A DNA stretch of 64,000 bases from Lama guanicoe (taxonomy: Eukaryota): contig MU053933.1 in the NCBI GenBank assembly GCA_013239625.1, positions 3,029,817-3,093,816 of the forward strand. The letters are read 5' to 3'. The notes beneath the pieces are model-generated. The model saw nothing but the letters and a program-made list of their open reading frames with translations. It ran no database searches and was not told where the DNA came from. The position numbers and the translations under genes are program-made. Position 1 is the stretch's first letter. Every line of letters starts with the position of its first letter. This document shows positions 34,876-47,500 of the stretch, in pieces.

Positions 34876-37299
34876 TCTCTCCTTGAGGACTTCCTCCAGT
34901 GGCCCTGCGGTCTGCAGCATGAAGTGGCCCTGTGGGCCCGCCTCTGGGCCACCCTCGTGTGGACCCGCCGCAGACCTCCAACACGCTGGCATGAGCCTGG
35001 GCTTTTCTGCGTCTTCTGATGTTTGTGGTGGTTTTCATTGTCTTGTCCTTTGTTACAGGCTTTTGTAATTTAATTTAAAAAACAGTATGCGTCTAACTTA
35101 TTGTTGAGTCTGACACGGCGTTCTTAGGAGTTTCCAAGTCAGGCCCCTCTTGGGCAGACAGCACTGCAGCGGGCGTGACGTCCTCCCCCGGTCACCCGCC
35201 GCTCGGCTGGAGGAAAGATACAAATGGCCAGGGCGCCTCTGTTATCTAGGGCACGTCCTGCAGCGCTCGTCGTCAAGTGAGATCGCATTTCCCTATTTCT
35301 GGCTTGGATGACATATTGGATCATAATTTATTGATTCCGCGTTCCTTCGGTGCCGGCTATGCTCCGATCCCCTCCCGGGGCCTGAGTGAAGCCAGCTCGG
35401 CGTTCGCGCTGTGACGCCAGTGCAGCGGTGGGAGAGTCAACGTGGAGGCCTGTCTGCACGTGGGGTCACCAGTCTCCTGCGTGTCTGCCCTTCTCTCCCC
35501 ACCGACTCTCTCTGCAGAGCGTATTCAGAGGACGAGTGGGTAGGAGGAGGCAGAATTCACTGCAGGGACTGTTTAGCCACACGCCTGTCAGACGAGGAGT
35601 GGAAGGGTCCCAGAAGCTGACATGTGACCGGGTGGGGCCCATGCGGACACTTGACCTTGGACACCTCTTTGGCGCTGTGGGCCCCAGAGGTGTGGCCTGC
35701 GTTTCCAGGACGGCTGGAGGTGACCAGCTCTGCATGCACAAGACGCGTCTGTCCAACCACCGCTTGTTCTCCCCGCGGGGTCTCCCAAGGACACGCGCCC
35801 CTTCTCCCCGGTCGTTGTGCTTCTGGGGGCCTTGGCCTGGTCACTGGGTCACTTCGGTCTGGCCCTGCCTTGCTCAGATTTGCTCATTAGGCTTGATTAA
35901 ATTTTCTGCATCAAACAACTGATCAGTTCAGCTTCTGATCATATAATGTGTCTAGTACTGTATGTGGCTTTCATTGTTGAGATAGCTGCAGAAAAACAGC
36001 TGCAGTGCTGTGGCACTAGCTCTAAGCCTCCCCTCCGCGTTGCTTTCTCTCTCGCTGAGATCACGGTGTCCGTGGGACATGTCCGCACACAGGGCTGTGC
36101 TGCAGCGGCAGCCGCTGGCTGCCTCCTAGACGCACCCTGCGTGTGGGCCGCGGGGCCCCGGCCCCACCCCTGCTGCAGTTCACCTCGTTGCCAAGGGCCC
36201 TCTCAGAAGCCCAGCTTCAGGGGAGGCGGGGCGTTCACGGGGCTGCCCCTGTGGACGTGGACATGGACGTGATCACGGACCTGCTGGCAGACAGGAGCCT
36301 CCGAGAGCGTCCTGGGAGGGGCAGGCAGCTGAGGTTAGTGCCCGTGGGGGCGGTCGGGTCTGCCACCCAGGGGTGACCTCATGCTTTTAAGTCAAACGAA
36401 GTCATCGGACGTGAAAGTGAGCTTTAAGAAAGCATCCATTTCTGCTTGCCGCGCTCTTTGAGGGAGCGGACTCAGCGTTCTGTGTTGGCTGAGGGACATC
36501 CGTGAGCATGGAGACTGACGAGAGCTTCACGGGAGCAGGCGAAGGCCAGGCCAGGGCCGCGGTGCCGGGGACAGGGCTGGGGTGAGGGGCCTGTGGCTGT
36601 CCTACCAGGCAGGGTCGGGGTGCAGGAAGGGCAGGCCCACTCGCGCTGCCCTTGAGAGGAGAGCCCCATCCGGGGAACTGCGGGGATGTGGGCACAGGGG
36701 GCCGGCACTGGCCTGTCTGGCCGCTCCCCGAGGAGGTGAAGGACTTGGGCTGGGCTAGGCCCTTCCTCCTGCTGCTCCTCGGCCTGCCTTGCAGCCGGAG
36801 AGAGGCCTCAGGCCGAGTCCAGGGGAGATGGCTCTGGAGGGCCCGGCCTGTTCCCAGGGGCGGGTGAGGCTGGCGGTGCCCGTGCTGCCCCGCATGCCTC
36901 TCCCGCACCCCCCGCCCAGCTCCCCGCACCGCTATGGGTCGGCCTCCCTGGGGGCGGGCGCTGCTTGGTCTCTCCGTGCTGAGGGTCACCTACCAGCCCC
37001 CAGGCTGTGGGGAGCAGCCAGGCAGCAGGCGGATGCTGGCCCAGACCCTGGCCCATAAGGTAGGTCTCCAGTGCGGCTCCTCCCCTCCCTCCAGGCCATG
37101 TCTGCACAGGAGGGGCTCCCAGGAGAACCCACCAGTCTCTCCTGAGCCCCTGTGGGGTCTGGGTAGTTCAAGGAGAGTGACCCTTGGTGGGGAGAACATG
37201 GGGGCGACCCTACCTTCCTGGAAGGCTCTGTGGGCCCCGCTGTGTGCCTGCGTCCACCAGGCCGGTGCAGGGTTTTTTGTTTTGGTTTTTGTTTTGTTC

Positions 37300-37700
37300 C
37301 TTCATTCAGTTCTTTCTTTTTTTAAAATTGAAGTATAGTTGATTTACAGTGTGCTGTTAGTTTCTGGTGTACAGCATAGTGATCCAGTCATACATATATA
37401 TTCTTCTTCATTAGAGTTTATTACAAGCTATTGAATATAGTTATCTGTGCTGTACAGTAAGACCTTGTTGTTTATCTGTTTTACATATCGTAGATTGTAT
37501 CTGCTAATCCCAAATCCCAATTTTCCCTCCCTGCTTTTCCCCTTTGGTAACCAGAAGTTTGTTTTCTACTAAGTGAAGTAAATCAGACAGAGAAAGACAA
37601 ATACCATATGATATCACTTCTATGTGGAATCTAAAAAAATGACACAAATGGAATTATTTACAAAACAGAAATAGACTCACAGACGTAGAAAACAAACTTA
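37300..37700 (-). mobile_element. L1 3' end with 5' inversion (twin priming)
   Basis: 37300-37569 is an antisense 3' UTR. 37569-37700 is sense 'ctaagtgaagtaaatcagacagagaaagacaaataccatatg...gactcacagacgtagaaaacaaactt'. A 15-bp stretch is shared in inverted orientation (37555-37569 / 37685-37699). Confidence 0.88.
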
Positions 37701-37819
37701 ACTGCCCGGGTTTTGGCACTCGGCCCAGGCTGTGGGTCGAGACGAGTGTTGAGATTATCCAGGCACCGCTGCCGAGGTGAGCGGAGTAGCTCCCATCTGA
37801 TTCACAGTCGACCTTGGAC

Positions 37820-37910
37820 CAGTTCCCTCAGGTTGAATCCCAGCTTCACCCCATGTCTCCTGAGTGACCTTGACCTGGGGGCACCCTCCTGTGCCCAGAG
37901 TTCCCGACAT
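37820..37910 (+). mobile_element. MIR fragment
   Basis: 'ggttgaatcccagcttcacc...tgagtgaccttg...cctcctgtgcccagagttccc', a MIR core. Confidence 0.55.
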
Positions 37911-39399
37911 GGCAGTGCCTCTGCAGGGGCTGGTGCGAGCATACAGGGGCTGCTACTCCCACAGCCAGGGCAACCTTGGCAGCTCCTAAGATTCCTTTTC
38001 TTAAGAAAAATTAAGGGAAATATTTAGTATGCAGATTTTATGTGCATTGAGTGAGTTGATGAGCATTAGAGCTTTAGACAAGTTTCCAGATGCCAGCTGG
38101 AGGTGTGTGTGTTGGTATCTTGTATGTAAAGTGAGACAGGAATGTGTGTGGGAATCCACGTGTGTCCCTCACACACACACGCCTGCACGCACATGCAGGC
38201 ACATCTACCCCGCCCCGACCCAGAGGGGCCCTTGCCCCGGGGCGTTCTGCCACCTCTGGGAGCACCCTATGCCTCCCCGCTTCAGGGGACCATCTTAATT
38301 ACCCCTCTGTCTTCAAGGCCAAGTCTGATGCCAGCCCATCTTGCTGGGGTCTGGGCTGCTGTGGGACCCTGTCAAGCTGGAGGTGGCTGCCCTTGCGGCC
38401 AGGCATTTGTGCTCCAGGTGGACGAGCAGTGTGAGCCAATGGCCTCCGTGGGCAGGTGACTGCACATCGGTGACCACTGCAGGGTGGCTGGGGTGCCGTC
38501 AGGGAGGGCTGGGGAGCCAGGCTGAGGCCCAGCAGACCCTTCCAGCAGCGGCAGCCAGGTCCTTGGGTTAGCGTGAGCCCTTGGCGGGTGTAAAGCAGGG
38601 ATCAGATGTGATCAGATGTTTTGTTTTAGAAAAATGATGTTCCTGAAATGAAGTTGGTAGAAACAACAGCTTAAAATATTAGAACAACACAGATGAACAG
38701 AGGGAAACGCTCAGGTTAAACCCAAGTCAGCAACTGCATGGAGGAGCTGTGTCCCAGCCACAGGCTCTGAAGAGGCCCTGGGCTCGGGGAGGCTTCTCGG
38801 TGTCTGCCATCCCAGGGCCCCAGGGACTCTCACTTCAGGGCTGGTCACCAGGGGCTCCCTCGCCTCCAGCCCAGACACCAATTCAGCCGGGCATCGTGGG
38901 GACTCCCTGGGGGACACTGACCTTCTTCAGAGTGACCAGGATGATGCTTAAGGGTCAGAGAAAATGAAGCAAGTCGTCGGTCCTGAATCAGGGCAGGCGA
39001 TTCTCCTCCCTCGCAGTCCTGAGTGGGGAAGGCTCGGCGGCGTTCAGTCTGGTCACTGTGCCAAGAGTAATGTTTTCAGCTGGGCGCTGCAGGGGGCCTC
39101 GCGGAGACTCTGCTGAGGCACAGGTCATGGGGAACGCTGTTGGGCAGAGGCTAGTTTGCCTTTTAAGTGTGGAAATGCCAAGGGCACCTTTAAGGGACTT
39201 TACCCCATTCCCTGCTCCTCGCGGTCCTGACACAGCCGCCCCCTCCCCCCGCCGTTGGAGGCCACCGCAGAGGCGCAGGGCCTCTAGCTGCCCCCAGGGC
39301 GCAGGGTCAGGCCACTGGAGTCACTAACGGCTCGTAGACTCAGTTTTCTTCTCCTCAGAAATCGCACTGTGTGCGGGAGGTTGCCTGGTGTCCCTCCAG

Positions 39400-39656
39400 G
39401 TTCCCGTGTGACTGCCTCTGGAGACTGGCCTTCGGAGAGGTCATTAGGGTTGAATGAGATCCTCAGGGTGGGGCCTTATGAGACCAGCAGGAGAACCCAG
39501 CACTTTCCCCAGCATGAGGACGGGGCCTCCCTGGGGACCCACCACGCCAGTGCCCTGGGCCCGGAAGTCCAGCCTCCAGAACAGGGAGAGACAGTGTCTG
39601 TCCTCAAAGCCGCCCCGTCTGTGGTGGAGTCACGGCTGCCCGAGGTGACCAGGACA
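39400..39656 (+). mobile_element. MaLR LTR (MLT1A/B-like)
   Basis: 'gaggtcattagggttgaatgagatcctcagggtggggcctta', 'gaagtccagcctccagaac' and 'aagccgccccgtctgtggt'; ends in ...aggaca. Confidence 0.7.
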
Positions 39657-40124
39657 CCATGTTTCAGGTGTGTGCGTTGTGGGAGAGTGACCAGAGCTGC
39701 CCTGAGTGCAGGCCCCATGGTCACAGACCACTTGCTGGTCATCGGAAAGGCCAGAGGGACGGGCAGCTGACTCTTTATACCCTGAAGGCTGGGCTGTTGC
39801 CAGGGCTCTGCCAACCAGAGAGAGTCTCTCTGCCCTTCAGGCCTCAGGGCTCATGACCTTGGGGATTGTTTCGAGCTGGTTCTTCTTTTTTTTAACCACA
39901 TGGGAAGGCCGCCACGCAATCCACCAGAAAAAGAGGAGTTCCCACTGCTGTGCGTCAGGCAGGTGTGCAAATGTATAAACACACGTCCACCTGCCTACCC
40001 GTCATCTATCGTCTGTGCACTCACACACACGTGCACGTGCACACATTCACGCTTGTACATGCAATGCAGTGCACACACACAGTCCTCTCTTCTGACCCTA
40101 AAAGCAGCTCTCAGGTGGTCATTT

Positions 40125-40740
40125 TTCTCCTTTTTCTTTATTGAGACATAATTTACATAATATAAAAATAACCATTTAAAAATGTACAGTTCAGTGGCAC
40201 TGAGCACATGACAGTGTTGTGCAGCCACCATGTCTGTCTGGTTTCCAGACGTGGTCATCACCCCAAAATACAGCCCCGGCCTTATGAGGCAGGTGCCCCC
40301 AGCCTAGCCCGGCCCCCCCGCGTCTGCAGCCCCATTTGCCTGTTCTAGACGTTGCATACGAACAGACCCCGCAGCTTGTGGACTTTGTGTCTGGCTCTTT
40401 TACTTCGCACTTCTGGGGGTTATTCCACATTGTAGTGGGTTCCAGAACTTCATTCCTTACAGGTGAAGAATGTCCCATCATGTGGATGGACCAGATGTGC
40501 TTCCCCCCCTCTGTCGTGGACACGTGGCCTTTCCCTGCCGTTCGCGTGTGCGTGGTGCTGCCGTGAATACTCTTGTACCAGTTTTTGTTTGAACGCCAGT
40601 TTTCACTGCTTTGGGACATTTCCTAAGAGTGGACTTGGCGGGTCACGTGGTTGTTACATGTCCCTTTATGGAGGAACTGCCAGCCCGTTTTCCACGGCAG
40701 CCGCACCACTCTGCCTCCCTGGAGGGCACCCTCTTGGCCC
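40125..40740 (-). mobile_element. L1MB-type 3' end, strongly GC-shifted
   Basis: 'tttattgagacataatttacataatataaaaataaccatttaaaaatgtacagttcagtggca', 'tttgcctgttctagac' and 'ggaggaactgccagcccgttttccacggcagccgcacca'. Confidence 0.85.
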
Positions 40741-43700
40741 CATTTTAGTAAACGAAGGACTCAGAGGAACGTGCTCGGGTGACAGAGGCAGGTCTGCGTT
40801 GGCTCACTGTATGGAGGACCTGGCCAGGCCCCTGCTCCTGCCCTGGACACGGTCAGTCCCCGGCCAGGCCCCCGCAAGTGGAGCAGTGACACGGGGCGCT
40901 GAAGGGGCTCGGGGAGGAGGGCTGTCGGGGCGGGAGGAGGGAAGGGCCTTCCGAGGGTTGAGGGTGAGAGGAGCCCCAGGGAGCGCAGATGAGCCGTCAG
41001 GGTTTGGGGTTTTGCGTGACTGTCTGAGGAGGTGCCTGTGCTCTCTGGTCCCGGCTGCTCCCCAGGCTGGCCAGAGCCACGGCCAGTGTCCTTGCCAGGG
41101 CATGCCAGGTTCTGTCTGTCGGGCCGCTCCCTGCACCCATGCTGGTGGAACTGCCTTCTCACCGTGTTCAGGGGGAGACCCCTGGGCCATGGCCCTGGCC
41201 GAGCCCTGCGGCCAGCGGCCTGTCCCCGGCCATTGCTCTCACCTGTCCCCCGGCCCGTTCCGCTCCTGTTCCGCAGCAGAGCGCCTCACCCCGATGGAGA
41301 CTTCTGCAGTGGGAGCCTTCACGTTTGGAATGTGGTTACTGACTTCGCTTTTACTTACAACAAGTTGCTGAAGGCGGTTCAGTTTCGCGGTGACAGTCAT
41401 TAGCAGGGTTCTTGTTACTTAGCATCAGACTGTGGGGCAGAGTCATGGATTCCGATGGGGCAAAGCAGGTACATTTGAAGGGAGATTTATTCACATTTTC
41501 TGGTATATCATTATCACTTTCTTGTGTGATAGTTTCCTGGTAATTCAACTTGATTTAGTGAAATATATCAACGTGCCTTTTCTTCCTAAGTTGTGGAGAT
41601 TTAAATTTGTTCACAAAGGAAACAGTGAAGATGGCTCAGAACACTCCTATTTAATGGACACATTGCCTGAGAAGCTGGGAGTTTTACCTCCTGGGAACTT
41701 TCATCGCCTGCCCGGCGGACAGGAGCCGGTGGCAGTGCACCCGGAGGCCCTGAGCCAGACGTGGCCCCTCTTCCTGCCGGTGTAGACAGACGTCTGGGGC
41801 CACCGCTGCGCCCTGGCCCGTGAGCGCAAACCCGCAGGGAGCAGATGTTGCGGGCTGTTCCGGCAGAGGGGCCGCAGCGGCACCCGGCTCTGGGTGAGGT
41901 CCTGCGGGCCTGCGGTCTCCACCCTCCTTCTTGGGGCCCTGTGGGTCCCGGGCCTGTGAGATGCTCTCCCCCGGGGCTCTCCTGCCTTTAGTCTGAGATT
42001 TAAATCCAGTGGGGAGGTGTTCCACCTGCTCCTCGGGTGGGGACCGGCCCTCCCACACCTGTGCCTGGAGCGCCTGCTCCCCGTGTGCAGGGCTGGCTGG
42101 GAGCCCTCCAGGGAGCCCTCGCTCCCTGTGGGCTGGTCACTCGAATCCTGTAACCTCCTGCCGGGGCGACTGTTGTATCTGCATCACCAGAGAGGGAACT
42201 GGCATTTGGATGATTTCAGCAGCTTCTTGAAAATGCTGGAACACGCTAGTGCCCGAGGGGCGTGCAGGTGGGCCTGGCGCTGCCCGCCCCGCCCCCGGCT
42301 GCAGGGTCTCCTTCAGGCCCCAGCACCCGACACTCTCGTGCAGGTTGCCCAGACCTCATCTAAAGCACCTGAAGTTCTGTCAGAACGTTGCTTCTCAGTG
42401 CTCTCGCTGTCCTTGCTTTTAGAAGGCCGCCGTGAGCTCCTTAAATCTCTTGTTCCATCAGTTTTGTGTTCGTTCTCTCTGAAAGCACATGGCGGGCTGC
42501 TGACTGAAACCCCTTGTGTTTCCTTTTCCACACGACTCTGAGCATGTGTTCATCCTCTCCCTCCTGCTGGGCCTTTGTGTTTTCTTTGCATGGCAGAATG
42601 TTTTCCATGCCTTCTGTGTCTCTGTTTGCTTGTCCCTGAAGGGGACATCAGTCAGTCCTGCCTTACCTGCGCCCCAGAGTGTGTGGACATGTTCTGCAAG
42701 CCCTTCCTCTGTCGCCTGGGTCCTCTCTTAGGTCCTTGGACTTTGAGCTGGGTGACAGTCCCTTCGGCTAGGCCTCACATGAATTTGGGAGCCAGCAGTC
42801 CATAGGCTGTCGGGGGAGGCTCCGTGGCCCCACATTTCTCTGAGGCCAGTGTCTCCTCCCCCTGGCCCCCATGCCCACACTGTTTCCGGAAGGACTTCAG
42901 AGGGGCCTCAGAACTCCAGCCCCCATGCTGTCACCTGAGAGCTGGCAGAAGGGCCTCCACGGGTGTGGCCCTGAGTGTTTGTTGTCCTGATTTCTTTGCT
43001 GGTCTCATTAGGAATCTGGGAGTGGGAGTGAACGGTGTGGCCAGCCACAGCCTCCCCCAGACCCAGTCCCCCCTCATGTTCAGCTGGGCTTTGCATCGCT
43101 GCTCTCATTGTCTGGAACCATGCTTTGGCTTTTGTAACATCACACTTTTCCCATGTTCATGCTCAGCGGATGATCCCGTTTGAGGCCAGGTGGACGGGCT
43201 AACCAGTCATTCCACACAGGGTCCCCCAGGCGACGTGTTCAGTGACCTCACTGACTTTTATTTGAAGCACGCGGCGGGGCGGGTGTTCAGTAAAGACGCC
43301 GAGAGCTGGGCTGCCTGTGACTCACCGTGGAGGCTGGTGGGTGGCGGGAGCGCGACAGGTGTGCGCACGTCCTGAGCCGCGTGTTGTCCCAAGCCGGGGT
43401 GGTGCAGTGTCACTGGGCAGTGAGGCTGTGAGAACAGCACTGTGGTGCAGCACCCCTGCCCTGCTGCTGCCGGGAGAGGCCGCCTCACCAGGTCCCATGA
43501 CGCCTTCTTGTCCACGAGCCCCGAGCTTGTGGCCCTGACCCTGGAGAGAGTGGCACGGAGGGTGGGGGTGCAGGCCTGAGATTGGGGAGCTGTGTCACAG
43601 ATGTGTCTCTGGGGCTGCATGTGGCATCCCCAGAACCCGGGGTGGGGGCTGAGGGTTCCAGGGTGGGCTCAGGAGGGAAAGCTCTGTGGGGATCTCAGCA

Positions 43701-43961
43701 ACAGATCCTGAGAGGCTCTGTCAGCTGGGCCCCAGGGGCCGGGTGGATGGCCCCCCACCAGAAATGATATAGGAACATGGCCAAGTGTCGGGGGGCCCAG
43801 GGGACGCTCCAGATTGCATTCAGTTCCGAGGTCCTGGAATCACAGGAGATATATTTTAGATGGCAGATTCAGCTATATTCATGTCACCAGACCGGAGACC
43901 TGGGCAGGTTGCCCCCGAATCCCCATCCTACCCTTCCCTTGGCTTCATAGCAGGCTTGGAC

Positions 43962-44340
43962 ACTTTTGTTTAAGGAATGGTTTTTTTTTTTTAAGATCTG
44001 CATTAGTTTCCAAATATTAGCTAAATCAAGACAGATGCAAACCCTAGATATTGGAGCAACCAAGCCTTCCTCTAGGCCAAAATGACCTGATTTTCTTATT
44101 TTTTCTAGATATGGAAAAGATCATATTTTCCCTTACATTCCTTTGGGAAACTTTTGTTTAAGGAATGGTTTTTTTTTTTTTTTAAGATCTGCATTAGTTT
44201 CCAAATATTAGCTAATATCAAGACAGATGCAAACCCTAGATATTGGAGCAACCAAGCCTTCCTCTAGGCCAAAATGACCTGATTTTCTTATTTTTTCTAG
44301 ATATGGAAAAGATCATATTTTCCCTTACATTCCTTTGGGA
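43962..44340. repeat. Near-perfect tandem duplication of ~190 bp
   Basis: Copy 1 is 43962-44148 and copy 2 is 44150-44340. They differ only in T-run length (12 vs 15) and one inserted base (gctaaatcaag vs gctaatatcaag). Confidence 0.95.
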
Positions 44341-44599
44341 TACACAGTTTTCCCAGTGAATTTCTGCTTTTGTCTGACACCCATCACCCATGCCCTGAAA
44401 ACCTTGTGCTTCCTCATCTCTGTTTTCCCAGAAGTTGCTGCTGAAGACAGAGCAGGGGTCCTCTGCTAACTTCACCTCATAGAGGTGAACCCCTGGGAGT
44501 TAAAAACACTCCCTCTCCCTCTAAGCTTCTTATCTGGGACCAGCTGTGCAGGAGATGGAGCGATGGGGGTGGCGTCGTTGGGAAGAGGGTTTAATTACC

Positions 44600-47500
44600 A
44601 GCAGGCTCGCAGCTGAAGTGCGCGCAGAACATCTGTGGCGGAGCCGGTCTGAGCTGTGACATACGTCCGAGTGACTTCAGATCACACCACGTGTGCTCTC
44701 CGACCGCGGCGGAAGCACTTGAGAAATCAGGAATAGGATGGGGTCTGGAAATGCTCAAATACCTGCATGTTAGACAGCACACTTCTAAACAACCCCTGTG
44801 TCAAGAAGAGACCCCCAGAGAAATGAGTGCCTGGGGATGAGGACACAACATATCCAGATATTTGGGGAGCAGCTAAAGCAGCGCTTAAAGGAAACTTCAA
44901 GTACTGAAGACTGACCAGTAATGAATAGTCTCAAGTTAGCGTCTTGAGCTTCCCCCTTAAAGAACCAGAAGAACATCAAATTAAAGTAAGCCGAATAAGG
45001 GAAATAGTAAGAATCAAAACAGAAATTAATGGAGCATAAGCCAGAAACAACAATAGAGAAAATCAGTGAAAGCAAATGGTGGTTCTTTGTGAAAATCAAC
45101 TTAACCTCTGGCCAGACGTAGGAAAAAGTGGATATACCGTGATCAACTCTATGCCAACACATTAAATTACTTAGATAAAATGTACACAGTTTTTGAAAGA
45201 CAATACCAAAGCTAACTCAAGTAGAGGCTATTTACCCTAATTCTCCTATATGTATTTAAAAATTAAATTTTTATTGTAAACCTCTGCCCAGGAAAAGCCC
45301 CAAGCCCAAACGGCTTTACTAGTGCATTTTTATCAAATATTTAAGGAAGAAATAGTGCTAAGTGTGCTTTCTCTTCCAGAAGATCGAAAAGGAGGGAATA
45401 GAAGGATCATTCCGATTCCTTCTATGATCATCAGAATGATCCTAAATCATTCTGAGTCCAGTATTGCGCTGATCGTTAAACTGTTACCAAGTCCAAACTC
45501 GTTCTGCTCACCGCATGACAGACCAATAAATCGGGAGACAAGTTGTTGGGGCAAGGAGCGGCGACTTTATTTGGAAAGCCGGCAGACTGAGAGGATGGCA
45601 GACTAATGCCTTGGAGAACCATCCTCCCCATGTCAGAATACAGGCTCCTTTTATACAGAAACAGAGGAGCGGGTGTGGTTGGTTGTTGCAGACTTCTTGG
45701 TGTAGGAGTTCTTTGTTCTTGCAGCCGTCCATGTGGGTCAGGTCATGGTGCTCCTGCAAAACCTCCAACAAAACAAATGTTATTCTCTATTCTGAAACTT
45801 GTTATCTTTATGTGAGTGCAGAGCTAGCAAGACTAAGCCTAGAAAACAGGACACACGGTTAAAGCCAAAGGAACAGATCTCATATGGAGTCAGATTTGTT
45901 CTTGTCTATTACAAAACCAGGCAAAGGCATTAGAAGAGAGGCTGGAGGCAAAATTGGAGGCAAAAATTCCTCATGAACATACATGGACAAAATTTCAGCA
46001 AATTGAATGCAGCGTATTGTAAAAGTAATTGAGGTTTATTCCAGAAATTCAGGGTACCTTTTGTGTTCTAAAATTAATTGACATAACTCATCATATTAAC
46101 AGAGTAAAAGCAAAAAACAGTGCCTCTCAGTATATGCGGTACAAGTGTTTCATAACATTCAACACCCATTCTGGATAAAACCTTTCAGGACACTAGTAGC
46201 AGGGACGCTTCCAATGAAGGACATCTGTGACAGAGCCAGAGCTGGCACTGTGGTCGTCACGGCGAGACCCTGGGCATCCCCACAGGCAAGAGTGCAGCAA
46301 GGACACGTGCTCTCACCTCTCCTGCTAAACTCTTTCCAGAGGTTCTAGCAAGTTCACTGAGAAATAAAAGGCGTTGAAAGTGGAAAGAAGTAAAACGATC
46401 TGTACTCTCAGCCAGCGTGTCTGTCTGTGTAAGACACCCTACAGCATCGAAAAGGGGCTTCAGGAAGAACTGAGCTCAGTGAGGTGACAGGATACAGGGT
46501 ATGAAAATCAGCTGTATTTCTCTATTCTGTCAACCAATGATTAGAAATGGAAAAAATGCTATTTTCAATAGCAAAACATTGCTGAAAGGAATTGTTGAGT
46601 GGAGAGATACACCGCCGCTCGTGGTTCTGAAGACTCAGTCTGGTTAAGATGTTAGATCTCCACAAGTTGGTCCATGGATTCAGTGGACTCTCAAGCAGAA
46701 TTTCAACTGGGTGTTTTGGTAGAAATTTGACGACTTATTACTTGGTTTCATGGTTTATTATAAGCTACAGTAATTAAGACAATGTGGTATTGGTGTTAAG
46801 ACAGACAAGCAGATCAGTGGATTGGAACAGAGAGTTCAGAAATAGACTTACACAGGGGTGGTCAGTTAGTTTTCAACAACAGTGCTAAGGCACAACTTAG
46901 TGGGAAAGGGGCTAGTTTTTTTGAAAACATGATGCTGGAATAATTATACATTCAGATGCAAGAAAAAAGACCTTTGATTCATATCTCCCATCATGTATAA
47001 AAATTAAAGTAGATCAGAAGTCTAAAATTCAACTCTATGAAATGTCAAGGACAATACGGGAGATATTTTTTGTGACCTTGCGTTAGGCAAAGTTTTCTTA
47101 GTTATAACATTAAAAGCGTTTCCATAAACAAGTTCCTAACTTGGAATTAAGTGAAACATTTTCAAAATTTTCTGCTCTCCAAAAGACATTGTTAAGAGAA
47201 TGGAAAGACAAGTCACAGACTGCGAGAAAACATTTGCAAATCTCACGTATCTGGAAAGTGTAAGAGACTCCTAGAATGTAATACTGAGGGAAAAAAAATC
47301 TGATTACAAGTGACCAAAAGTCCACTTCGCCAAAGAAAATATGTGGATGGCAGATAAGTACATGAACAGAAGTCCAGCATCGTTGCTCATTAGCATATGC
47401 AAATTCAGTCCACGGTGAGCTACCACCTGGTATGACCCCGCATGCTGGGCATTGGCAAAGTTGGAGAACATCTCATACTGCTTGTGAGAATGTAAGATAG

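Noticed and set aside
40463..41371. 302-aa ORF
   Set aside because: It begins inside an antisense L1 fossil and runs through GC-rich sequence, with no recognised homology.
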